Part shown: positions 1-11,400 of the stretch, piece by piece
Position numbering within the stretch: position 1 is the first letter of the stretch
Layout: the number at the start of each line of letters is the position of its first letter
From: Amphiscolops sp. MND2022
Lineage: Eukaryota
Direction of reading: 5' to 3'
NCBI GenBank assembly: GCA_964187785.1
Contig: OZ076409.1
Location: forward strand, 100,008,001 to 100,072,000
DNA length: 64,000 nt
Notes under the pieces: generated by a model
What the model was told of the DNA's origin: nothing
Databases searched by the model: none
What the model saw: only the letters and a program-made list of their open reading frames with translations
Translations under genes and position numbers: made by a program

Positions 1-500
1 TAAATTTATGTCCACGCCAGTTGTTAATATTACATTGCTTTTACATTGCATTGGTAAAAACGCCAATTTGTTTATTTGTTTTTGGAAAAATGCCTCTAAA
101 GGGGGGGGGTATTGGGGCTTTTGAAATTTTTTGTTGCTTGGCCCGAATCGCCGATGACGGTATAATGAATTAAACGCTCTTAGTTTTAGTTATCTCAAGA
201 AATTTTTTATTTTAACAGGTCAAGTCATTTTTATCCAATTAAGTGTAAAAATGAATTGTTTTATTTTATTTATTATAATTATTCTTTCCCATAATTATAT
301 ATTGAACACCCCTGAATGAAGGTGTCCAATTTGATCATTTTTGGGTAAGGATTGACATTTAGAGGCGAGACATTTTGAACAAAAACAATTCCAAAATACA
401 GTGCTTAATGAAATTGGTAGAAAGCAAAACTTTTTGAGCGTATAAGGCCGTCTTTATAAATCTTTTTCGACAGTTTTTTTTTGGTTTTTCAGTAGGTATG

Positions 501-2243
501 TGTAAGAGCCACGTCCCGTGGTGTCTCTCAAATCACCAACGGACCGCGAGTCCTTTTTCAACAATTTTGTTTTCAAGCCGGATGGATTTTCCCTATTTTC
601 CTGACTGCTAGGGGACATACTAGCCTCAGTGTCCCTGTTCCCAGAGGAAGACATTGAACTCACAATATTTTGAATCTCTGGTAGCACCTTTTCTGATATG
701 GCAGTACTGATTGCCCTATTTATTTGACTATGTACCATGGCCATCATGGAATCCATTTCTTGAGACAGTCTGAGATTAAATTCATTTGAGAAAGTTTCAA
801 AAGACTGCCTAACATCGTTCTGCCTGTATTCGCTATTCTCATGGGAGAAGTTTCTATATTCATCCCTTTGGTACAGATTAGCCTCACTGTCACTACGAAC
901 TGAAGATTGTTCAATTGCTTCAGTTAATTCTCTCTCTATGGGATTTTCACTCCCATTACCTAACATTACGTCCAAGTTGTCCATGTCGGACATCATGTCC
1001 ATTTCTCTAGACTTTCTAGTTTTTGCCTTTTGACGTCTCGTAGAAGGCATGAGAGATTGTTGCAAGAGGAAAGAATTTAAATTGAAATCTTTAAGCTTGC
1101 AAATGAAAATTGTATTCGGTATTATAACAGCGAACTTGACTGTGACTATTCGTATGAAGATTATGACCCCAGGACCACGGGTCCCGGTTATTTATAATCA
1201 ACTAAGCATGACATGCACAAAAGTGGTAGTCATCAGTCTAATTTTAGCAACAGGTATTCTAAAAATAGACACAACATACAACGTGTCTTTACAAATATAT
1301 TATCGTAATACTAAAAATAGCAACAGGTATGACGTAATTGATTTACGTGCTCCTACATATATGAAGTAGTTACGTTCAAAGATGTACATGTGCCCCTTCA
1401 GGACATCCAATTAAGTTTCAGTAGCAACACTTCATGTAAAACAGTACATACTATCATATGAAATAAATACATGCAAAGGTGGTATGTGAACATTGAACTG
1501 TCCTTTATGGCCTTTTAAGATACAAACAACTCGCCTTGACTTTCTATCCAGAAAGTTCTGGAAAATAAGAGAATACAAAAGAGGGGGGGAAAAGGACTAA
1601 TGGTCCTTTTGTGAACAAGGTGACAGATCTCTAATCAGAGTAAATATACCGCTTCTGAGATAGTACATTATCAATTTCAATATACGCACTTCTTTTATTC
1701 TACTTTGGACTCAGTGTCCACGCGTCCCTATTTATTACAAGAGTAGCGTCGTTGTGGTGGCTTGTGGCCCTTGAGCCCTTTAATTTAGAATACAGCACAG
1801 GAGCGAGCAAATGAACAATGCACTGTGATTGGTTGAGAAATTGGACGGACAGCGCGTCTAGCGAGACAGGAAAGGAAACATTTGAACTCGTTTCCTTTAC
1901 CTGTACGCCTTGGTGTCCAATTTCTCAGCCGTGGTATATATCTATCACTGTTATACATGTATTAATACACTATATTCATTTTTCAACTACATATTTTACA
2001 TGGCTAATTCCGGATAATTATTCCAAAGCGTTTCAAACTTCATTAATATAAAAGCCCCGAATAAAATGATATATTAACATAAACATATGCGAAATCAATC
2101 ACAATAAAATAGGTCTATAGTTTGTCTTCTTAGACTTTTGGACTAATAGTCCATTTCTCAGTTCATCGGGAGGGTACCAGGGAGAGTATTGTAGTTGTAG
2201 CCGACTGAGTACCAATTGCCATCGCAGGCGGCAGCCCGCGACA
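501..2243 (-). repeat. 3' LTR of element A (1743 bp)
   Basis: Matches 14831-16574 apart from roughly seven differences seen by eye; preceded on the minus strand by purine tract AGGGGGAG. Confidence 0.95.
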
Positions 2244-2976
2244 CTCCCCCTGGCATAAGTAGAAAAGCGTTTGCGTTCATGCCATCTAGGAATGCTCTCC
2301 TCCTTGCCTGAGTCTCAGCTAAAGTCTCTCCCACAGTTACTGTCCTGTCCAGATATTCATTGACGGTCTCTTCTTGAATTTGTTTGACTGATTTCCCGCA
2401 TACCACGCAGTCTGAGTAGTTGACTAAGGGGGCAGACTCGGCAAGGACCATCTCGTCGAAGTGACTTGCTACCGCTTCCATTGACGTGTTCATGGAGGAT
2501 GCTGAATCGCCCTGAGGTTCACAAGGGTATTGTAGTCCTCTGTCCTGTTCAGGTGGAGATAGCGGGGTGTCCACTTGCGGTACTAGATTTCGGCATATAT
2601 TTATGGGGTGATTAGATTTGACCCTGTTGTCCCGACTCACAGGCCCATTTCCCCTTGCCAAGTTGAAGTATTTCTCCCCAAAGGTAGGAAATGGTGGCAC
2701 ATTTGGCCTGGGCGTCACAGGTCTTTTCTGCTTCTGACCAGCCGAAGTTGAAGGAATTGATATGGGCTCCGCAAGTTGCCTCTCAACGCATTTGGCCATG
2801 AGTCTAATCTCGTCTGATTCGTCTTCGGACGACAGGTACAAGTCATCCACAGACCACCCACAATTCGAGTCCATCGCTTCCTCTTCGTCGCTAGAGATGT
2901 ATATGATTGCCGGTTCCCCTTCTGATTTTGCTGCTCCGATGAAGTCCATCGGGAAGGTCTCGGAGATGTCTGACAT
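2158..2976 (-). CDS. Accessory ORF of element A (272 aa, unknown function, acidic N-terminus, CxxC motif), ends inside the 3' LTR
   Basis: Open ATG-initiated ORF in element sense orientation; CVVC motif; spans PPT and first 86 nt of the LTR. Confidence 0.6.
   Translation of the reverse strand: MSDISETFPMDFIGAAKSEGEPAIIYISSDEEEAMDSNCGWSVDDLYLSSEDESDEIRLMAKCVERQLAEPISIPSTSAGQKQKRPVTPRPNVPPFPTFGEKYFNLARGNGPVSRDNRVKSNHPINICRNLVPQVDTPLSPPEQDRGLQYPCEPQGDSASSMNTSMEAVASHFDEMVLAESAPLVNYSDCVVCGKSVKQIQEETVNEYLDRTVTVGETLAETQARRRAFLDGMNANAFLLMPGGVSRAAACDGNWYSVGYNYNTLPGTLPMN
2244..2252 (-). promoter_or_regulatory. Polypurine tract of element A
   Basis: Minus strand reads CAGGGGGAG immediately before TGTCGCGGG (3' LTR start). 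Confidence 0.8.
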
Positions 2977-3469
2977 AGCTCGGATTTTGAAGATTTTCTT
3001 TGCAATTTTGATTGTTTTCCTGTTGGAATTTAGGTATTGTTGAAATCAACTGATTTTCAGTAGAGAGATTGAGATTATGGCGATCTCAGTTTCCTTCGAC
3101 CGCGAGTCTCTTCGCCTCTCCTTTCCCGGGTTTTCATATTTCCCGGCAAGTAATTCTTCAATAACAGATTCCGCTTCCCTTGTTCTTTCATCATGCCGCT
3201 AAGACACTTTGTAAATGCCGACATCAGTTTTATTGACTATCATCAGTTAGGCTAATACTTCTAAGTTAGGAGAGTTACCTCAAGTGTTTATTAACACTCA
3301 TCAGGTACTTGAGAGACTCAAGGAGGTAAAGTTATGGTAGTCAGCCACGCCGGCCTTTATCGATATGATCAACCAATAAGATTGCAGCAAAACTTCTCCC
3401 AAGTTGAAATGGCCTCTCAGGGTCGTAAATCCATATAAGGAATAATATAAAATGACCTTGAAAACGGAC

Positions 3470-3520
3470 TAAAATAAAATAAAATAAAATAAAATAAAAT
3501 AAAATAAAATAAAATAAAAT
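3470..3520 (+). repeat. (TAAAA)n pentanucleotide microsatellite
   Basis: About 10 tandem TAAAA units. Confidence 0.95.
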
Positions 3521-4208
3521 CATGGAGTAATTTTGCAAATAACAAAATTTTCGAAATGAATGGAACATGTAGATATCGCTGGCAGACTTTATCCACGTAT
3601 TACCATAAATTGTAAATACTTGTAAATTGGACACCAAACTGTATAGCCACGAACTCCAATCTTGACATCTTGTCACATTTCTGATTCTTCTTTCAATTCT
3701 TTATCATTCAATTGTATTATCCACTTCTCGTATTATCCAGTATTTAATCATCAGTACTTAGTCAGTCATTTAGTCTTTGAGTCACTTTATTGTATTTTTC
3801 ATCTAATTACTTCTCATCTTCATCCCAGGACTCAGTGTCCATTCATCCACATCCCCATAGATTTTCCTCAGCTTCTCCCGGAAAATCGACATCCAGGCCC
3901 AACTTTGGACGTCCTCATCTAGCTGTCAGTTCGGCACGACCTACTGTCACAAATATCATCTACCAACTCCCCCGCATTGGAATACTAACAGGTCAGTTGT
4001 TCTTCATACATTTTCATTAGCTAGGCTAGATTTTTGAACTAATTTGAGGCTTGATCAGGGCACTCTTTTCGTTCAAGTACTTCCTGTCCACGTAACACAA
4101 GTGTTCACAAGTGTTCAATTTAATCTACTTCCGGAAGATTTTTTAACGCGGCTAATGGATTTTAACTCAGGAAGCTTGCCGCTTGATTTAGTTACCTTGT
4201 GTTTAGAT

Positions 4209-7200
4209 ATGTCGACTGAAGAGCTGACTGATGTTAGTCCAATCCAGCCTATTGGGGCTTCAGAGGAAAAGCAACTTGAGTCAACCAATAATTTGATTTC
4301 TACTCCTCAAACCGTCGCTGGCCTGGTTCCTAACGAGAAAGTCGAGGAATTGAGTCGAACTCCTGCATCAGCATCTGACAGTTCCGCCGCTGAAAGTGTG
4401 TCCGCTTATGTAGAGAGGACCGTAGAGACCATACTCTCACGAGAAGCGCCCCCAGCTGATTCCATGGACTCACATGGTTCCGGACAAATCCCCAATAAGG
4501 TAGGACCCCAGCCCAAATCCTCCGTTTCTGAGAGGATCGAGATAAATCCACAGCAGGCGACAGACAACGAACAGGCCGTGCAGAAGGGGAAGACTAACCA
4601 GAGTTTTGAGGAAGAACAGGCTGCGGACGTAGTCAAGCCAACCGGCACTGGGCTAACTGACCCAATTGATTATTTTACTGAAACCAGCGAGTTTGAGGAT
4701 CTTATGGACAGCTCGGGGGTCACAGGGCCTGTTATGTCATGGAATAAAAGGGGGCCCGTGTACGTTCAGTTCCCCACACGAGGCAATACTAGTTCCAGTG
4801 ACAATGAATCTGCTGAAGCGCCTGCAGGGTGTGATCCAGGGCCCTCACAGGAGTCGCGTCGCATGTCAGTAAGTGGACGAACTCTATTGCGGAGGTATTT
4901 TTGTGAGAAGGACCCCATAGAGTTACCACGAGGCCATCACACGATTGCCCTTACAGAAGACCAGATGCACACAGTGTTGAAGACGATCTCGGATGAAACT
5001 ATTTTGTCGTCATTTCACCTCATGAAGTCTTTACTTTTGCAAGCTACTTCAGGGAAAGTCCTAACCAAGGAGTGATGTCGACACGTAAGCCGGTCGTCTC
5101 GACCCGTAGTTGGCCACACAAGCAGCTCCGGAGACGAGTCAACTGATATGGGCTCAAATAGTGGAGGCTATACTAGTGGTGCCTTCAATACTGACGACGA
5201 ACCTGGCAGTTTGTCGTTTTGTCTGGAGAAGGAAGTAACCCAACCACAAGGAGGGACTGAAGACCTAGCTGGCCAATGTGCCGGGACCTCTTGTACTGAT
5301 CTACTTCAAGAGACCGCTCCAAGCCCAGGCAGTGGATACAGTTTAGGGGATTATGCGCCTTTGTCCACCTTAATCACCAAACCAGGGAAAACTCCTGCCA
5401 CCAAAAGCCCTCCCAAGAAACGGCGTAGATACGAGGGTCGCCCCGGTAAGACCATGAAGGAGGCATATTTTAAGGGTATACACTGGACGAAAACTTTCGT
5501 GACTGGACCTTTGGACCCCTTACACAATCAGTATAAGTTCTACTGCAGGATTTGTAAGACCAACGTGTCGATTCGTTCAAAAGGGGCGCGGGAGATAGTG
5601 CGACATTATCAGACGAAGACACACCTAAGAAAAGACCAACTGTGGCGGTACACACATCTCAGCCGCAAAGACCCCGTCACTGGGTTGGTCACTCATCAGG
5701 TCCGAGGGAGAAATGGAGTTTTGCTGACCCCACTTGAATTAGAGAAAGAGACAGCAAACTTTGAGGGAGCATTGTTAGTTGACCTTGGAAGCGAGTTCCC
5801 CTTCTACGAAGATTACTTAGCTCGACAGGAAGGTCGAAAGACCACTGGGAGTGCCCGAGATAGTACCCAAATTGCATTGATCGCAACTATTGTCCCTCTT
5901 AGTGGCAACATTGAATTGTTGCGCACACTCTGGTCTCAAGTCGGGGAGAATATGGACTACCAGGAAGCTTTTGCTCCTTTTGATTGGAGTCCAGCACGCC
6001 TCACCGTAAATTCTTTCCCTGGTTCTGTTTTTAAACCAGTTTTTAATGGGCGATACATTCCCTTTTTGTTTAGGCAGTGTTTCATCACCTATTCACCTGT
6101 GTCATCGAGGACGTCTCCTCCAGCATATCCACTACTGACATGTACTCCTTGGAGTTTGAGACCTCTGGGCGCTTTCGTACACTGTCAGTTCGGTTTTGGA
6201 AGGGTGAATATCTGGTACGGGTGCAACTGTACCGATGTCTCATCTCTCTTGGCATCCCCGCAAGCTACTTCGCCGGCGCATCACGTTTACTCTCTGTAAC
6301 ATCTTCCAATCCTAAGCTTGTCAGTGTGTCCGGATGTCCTGCCTCTGTGTTACAAGCCTTTGATGATTGTGAGTTGTTCGTCTATGGCGTACAGTACCCT
6401 TTCCGGTTTGACGCCTTCTCTCTACCAACTCTCATGCATCAATCGGACGCAAACGTCTTTGGGACCATAGACTTCCACTCGCAGCTCAAATACTTGATCG
6501 TGAGTCTCAGTGGCGTCCTAGTTCGTCCGTGGATCTCACAAGCGCCTGAATTGGCCAAGGTCAGTATCTTTCACTCCTATCACTTCTAGTGGCTATAGAC
6601 TTGTGTGCCATCGTTTCTCGTGTCTTTTAGGCAATCGAGTCCTGCAAGTTGGAAATTGTGAGCATCCCAATCATCTGTTCTGAGTTGATTGTCCACTGGC
6701 AAGCCGTTCTGGACTACCTCACCCGAATTGCGCCTTCAAATGTCAATCAAGGGGTGCTAGATTCGGTATGGCTTATGTTTCCATAATCTCCACACTTTGC
6801 TCCTAGACATTCAAACTTTAGGTGTTGTTGAAACTAGAATGACTTGCTCACGTTGCTTTGTTCTGTTCTAGCCACAAAGCCTGGAGTGGACTATTATTGC
6901 TGATGACCTGTTTCCAGTCAAGTTGGAGTTTTTTGGGCGATTGGTCCGAGATTGTTAGTAATCCTCCATACTTGAAGCTTAAGCAGTGTTGAATATCGTT
7001 TGATTCTTAGTGCAATTGTGTATAACTAGGACTGTACCTAGAGTCTCCTTCAAGTCAGCCTGAAGCAGATTATGTTGCCTTTTGGTTCACAGGGGTTTGT
7101 CCTATTTAGATACTAAGTGCTTCAGTCGGAGTCTCATGAGACGGCGTGATTCTGGCTTCTTCACGTTTGGCGAAATGTGTCGCTACATCCGCAAACTGTG

Positions 7201-8215
7201 CAGTCGTGCCATCCTACCGAAGCATACTCCTGCGGATACTGATTGGTCTGGTCTTCTGCAACTTTCCCTAGATGAGTGTCGAGAGTTATCTTCCCGCGAC
7301 TTCCTCAATCGCCTGAAGTTGAAATTTGACCTAGACGGGGCCTCTCGGGCTAAGGCTCGAAAACAGAACAGCGGCAAGAAGAATTTGAACACCAACATTG
7401 ACGGATTAGCGGAGACTGTCAGAGATAACTTCGCTACCCAAGCCCGTAGTTATGTGGTGTTCCTTTTGGACTCACTGCTCAAGGATATCAGAGTGAACGC
7501 TGGTATTGTTCGAGGGATGGCAAGTTTCGACCTCACTGTGCTGTTGACACAACCTATGGAGCAGGCTTTGTTCTGCTTCCGAGCTTTGTACCACAGTTTT
7601 CAACTCCGTGGATGGGTTTTGGCTGCTGACGAGACTAAGTACCGCGAGGAGTATGTGGAATTCATTGACCATTTTCGGAATTCCTGTGGAAACTTCCGGA
7701 CTCCAGAGTTGGTTACGGACGTCGTGGACTTGTTGATGCCAATGCCTGCCCTGCGTAACAGGCCCAGATTACTCCATCTTTTTAAGCTCAGTTGTCTTTG
7801 TCTGACTGAAAGTAGCGCTAGCCTGCCTCCTATTAAATTCCAAGGGATGGATACCTCAGATCCTGATTGCCGTTTATCAAGCATCATGTTGCCAGCTCAA
7901 TCATATTTGTCAACGATGTCTCGTTTTGTAGATTCTTGTGTAAATGAAGCAGCATTAGCTAAATTCCACGAGCTTGAGACACGACTTGATACTGGAAATG
8001 TTCCTGGTGATCCTTGGGCGCATGTCGACTCTTTTGGCCAGGGGAAATTCTACAAGGCGCTCCTAGCATCTTTCAAATCACAGATTGCCGATGCTAGTCC
8101 TACAAAGCTCGTTCGCAGTCGTTCTTCTTCCGTTGTCAACTCAAATTCTGGGGCTGCCTTCGTTTCTCCAGGGAAAACAGCTAAATCAGCTCATGAGGGG
8201 GTTATCCCGTCCTAA
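4209..8215 (+). pseudogene. Antisense spliced gene within element A; BED-type zinc finger plus hAT-transposase-like body; predicted exons 4209-6005, 6074-6559, 6631-6765, 6872-6953, 7011-8215; in-frame TGA at 5073 and 7061
   Basis: GT-AG introns 6006-6073, 6560-6630, 6766-6871, 6954-7010 join the track ORFs in frame; motifs FYCRIC...RHYQTKTH, ELIVHWQAVLDYL, PRLLHLFKLSCLCLTESSAS. Confidence 0.7.
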
Positions 8216-8497
8216 GAGGTCACTAAAGCTGTGAGGGAGTTGCAAGAAGGATCTTCTAAATGCTAAATGTACATAGTGTACATTTGTCTTTAGTCCAAAT
8301 TCATGTATCTATAGTAGACTGATTTATTTCATTTCTTTTGTTGTGATTTTGTTACATGTTCGTTGTGGCTTTGTATTGTTCGCCACCTAGTCTGTTTCTA
8401 TATATTCGTATGTATTAAAAGAAAGGTCAGCATTAGAGCCAGTGAAGAACATCAATTCAGTCCAAGTAGTTCTTGGGGCTTTAATTTACATGTCTGG

Positions 8498-11400
8498 CTA
8501 ATATCTGTATTCATCAGTAAAGTTGGGGGTGGGGTTAGGTCGAAGATTATATTTCCTTCCTCTAGGGCTAGAGTTTTCTTCATTTTTTCCATTTTCCGAT
8601 ATTCCGGGCACGGTAATATCTACGCCTCCTTTTGAAGCAATTTCCGCGGTTTCTAAATCATTAGTGACGTCATTTTCATTTTCCGTCCCAACAGTCAATT
8701 CATGTGGAGGGGACGACGCGTCACGGCTGCTAGCCGGTCTCGGCCTTATTTCATTCTCGTTGACGTCATTTGCATTTTCCGTCCCAGTAGTCGATTCATG
8801 TGGAGGGGACGACGCGTCACGGCTGCTAGCCGGTCTCGGCCTTATTTCATTCTCGTTGACGTCATTTTCATTCATTCTCTCGCTGCTGCATTCGCTTTCA
8901 TTTACTCTGCTGCTTTCATTCTCGGTGACGTAATAGTCGACTTCACCATTCGTAGCGTCCTGCGGCAGACGCAAGGCCGTGTCGGGCCAATCATTTTTCT
9001 TCGGCTCAAACAGCTCGTATTCAAAGTCGGCTTCCCATGGAATGGTATACAAATCATCTTGCGGTATTATTATTTCTTCATCAGGCTGTAATTTTTCTTC
9101 TTTGTATTCGTCTTCTAATGGAGCATTAGGGACAAATTTTTTGAGCCTTATCCGGTGCAAGATTTGCGTTTTATTCGTATTTAAACGACGCACTATATAA
9201 TTGTTATTTGGTAGAGTTTTTTGAACTACAAAAGGACCAATCCATCGGAAGTCCCTGAATGGTATTTTAGATCCTTGACTATCTGCTTTCGGTTGGAGAA
9301 CAAAACAGTAGTCTTTCTCCTGTAGCGGAGCCGCTTTGGCCTTGCGGTCGTAGTACTCCTTGTACTTTAAATACGACTGCATAATGTTCCTTTTGGTTTG
9401 ATCAATGAGGATTTGCGTCCTCTGCTGCAATTCTTCCGCGAATTCGGTCGTCGGTAGGAAATTTTTGTTAGGATTATTCCCTAATTTGTGATCCAGGACG
9501 TTATAGGGAATTCGGCCATGAAAGACTTTGCTAGGCTCACAACCAATACTAGCGTGATAAGTAGTGTTATAGTTAAGCACAGCTAATGGTAAATATTTGT
9601 GCCATTGACGACGGTATTCCCCTGAGGCCATCTTTAGGTTGGTTTTTAAAGAGGCGTGTGTCCTTTCAAGTTTACCAATAGTTTGCGGATGTTTAGTAGT
9701 GGCACACTTTAATGTGATTCCCAGTATTGCAGTAATTTCTTCTAAAATTTTCGATGTAAATGCGGATCCCTTGTCCGTGATGAGGGTTGTTGGCAAATAC
9801 GAATGTTTCGTCATGATGTCAATTATCACCTTGGCTACGTTTGCGGCTGTTGCCTCAATTAGCGGGTAGGCGAATAAATATCTTGAAAATACATCTATTG
9901 CCGTCATCACCGTTTGGTATCCGCCGCTAGTTGGTAAATTTGGCAGTAAATCGATTTGCATGGCATCTTCTGGGCCTAGGTCCCATTCGGGTAAATTCAG
10001 TAATTCTGGGGTGATTACCGTGTTGGGGACCCTTTTGTCCTTGGCACATGTTTCGCAGCCTTCTACCCATTTTTTGACGTGTTTTGCAATTCCGGGGTAG
10101 TAGTATTTTTGGCGAATTTCCTGTAGCATCTTAGAAATGCCCGGGTGTCGATGTGCCGTGCCATGTATTGCTTGTAATAATTCTTTGAGTAAATGCTTTG
10201 GCAATAAGATTTGATGATATTTGACCTGTCCGGTTTCATCGTAGTACTGCCGCGTCACTATCTCGTCTTTGAGGATTATTCGGTCTATGTTGTTCAAGTA
10301 ATACTTGTACCGAATATCCTGTTGAAGGATTTCTTCAGAGTATTCTTCTTTTTGAAGTTTCACCCTCAATTGGAGGAGAATCGGGTCTCTGGATTGTTCA
10401 AGCAGTATCTGATTTGTTCTTCTTAATTTCTGCGTGAAATTAGTAATCTCTTCGACGGTATTTTCTGATATAGCGTCAATTTGGATTACTGTCTCAGGGA
10501 CTATGAGGCCCTTTTTGGATTGTTGTTTCCGTTTCCAAATCTGTTCTTCTGTTTCGTTGTCCTCCTCGGTGAAGAAAATTTGCTCTTCTTCTGATACGCC
10601 GGCTGATTGGACATTGACCTCGATTGGTCTAGTTTCTACGTCCTCTCGTATTTTCAGGACCAACTTTTCAGTAGGGTCCATTTCCATACGGGACAAGTAG
10701 TCTGCCGCTGTATTGTTTTTGCCTGGAATGTGAGCTATAATGAAGTTGAATTGAATGACAAAATCACAAGCATTCCAGAGAGGCGGTGGAATTATCTTTG
10801 TCTGGAAGAACCTCGTGACCGATTTGTTATCTGTGAGGATAATCACGGGTTGAGGTGTTCCCCAGAAGATATGTCCAAACTCCTTAAATGCATAATATAT
10901 AGCTAGGAATTCCTTTGCATATATCGACATTTTGAGCTGAGAAGGCGTGAAAGTTTTGGATCCATATGCAATCGGCGCATAGGACTTTTTAACAGAAGTG
11001 TATTTTTGATTTGGGTCGTCTTCGGTCAATATGGCGTAACCGGCTGCTGTAAAACTTGCGTCAGTCATGAGGACCAGTTGTTTATTCGGCAGAGGTTGTT
11101 TTAACGCCAATTGACTACATCGGTCTAAATCACGGTTGATCGCATTAAATTGTTCAACCAGCTCTTGCGTGACTAGTACCTTTTCATCCTTTTTGAGCAA
11201 TTGGAAGAAGGGAACTAGTTTTTCGGATAGCCTTGGAATATAATTCCTGTAGTAATTGAGGAAACCAATATAGCGTTGTAAGGCCTTCTTGGACTTTGGG
11301 AGTTTCGTCTTTTCCAAGAAGTTAGCGATTCTTTCCTTTTGGGGTTTTACGCCTTCAGGTGTAATAGTTCTCCCAAGAAAGTCAATTTCAGTAGCGCCGA

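Noticed and set aside
454..1065. 203-aa ORF as an independent gene
   Set aside because: It is the LTR-encoded gag N-terminus duplicated in the 3' LTR, running into flanking DNA.
1049..2051. Plus-strand ORFs of 106 and 77 aa repeated at 15379-16382
   Set aside because: Duplicated only because they lie in the LTRs; no motifs or coding signal.
3341..3676. Hydrophobic ILFYF-repeat ORF
   Set aside because: Translation of the (TAAAA)n microsatellite.
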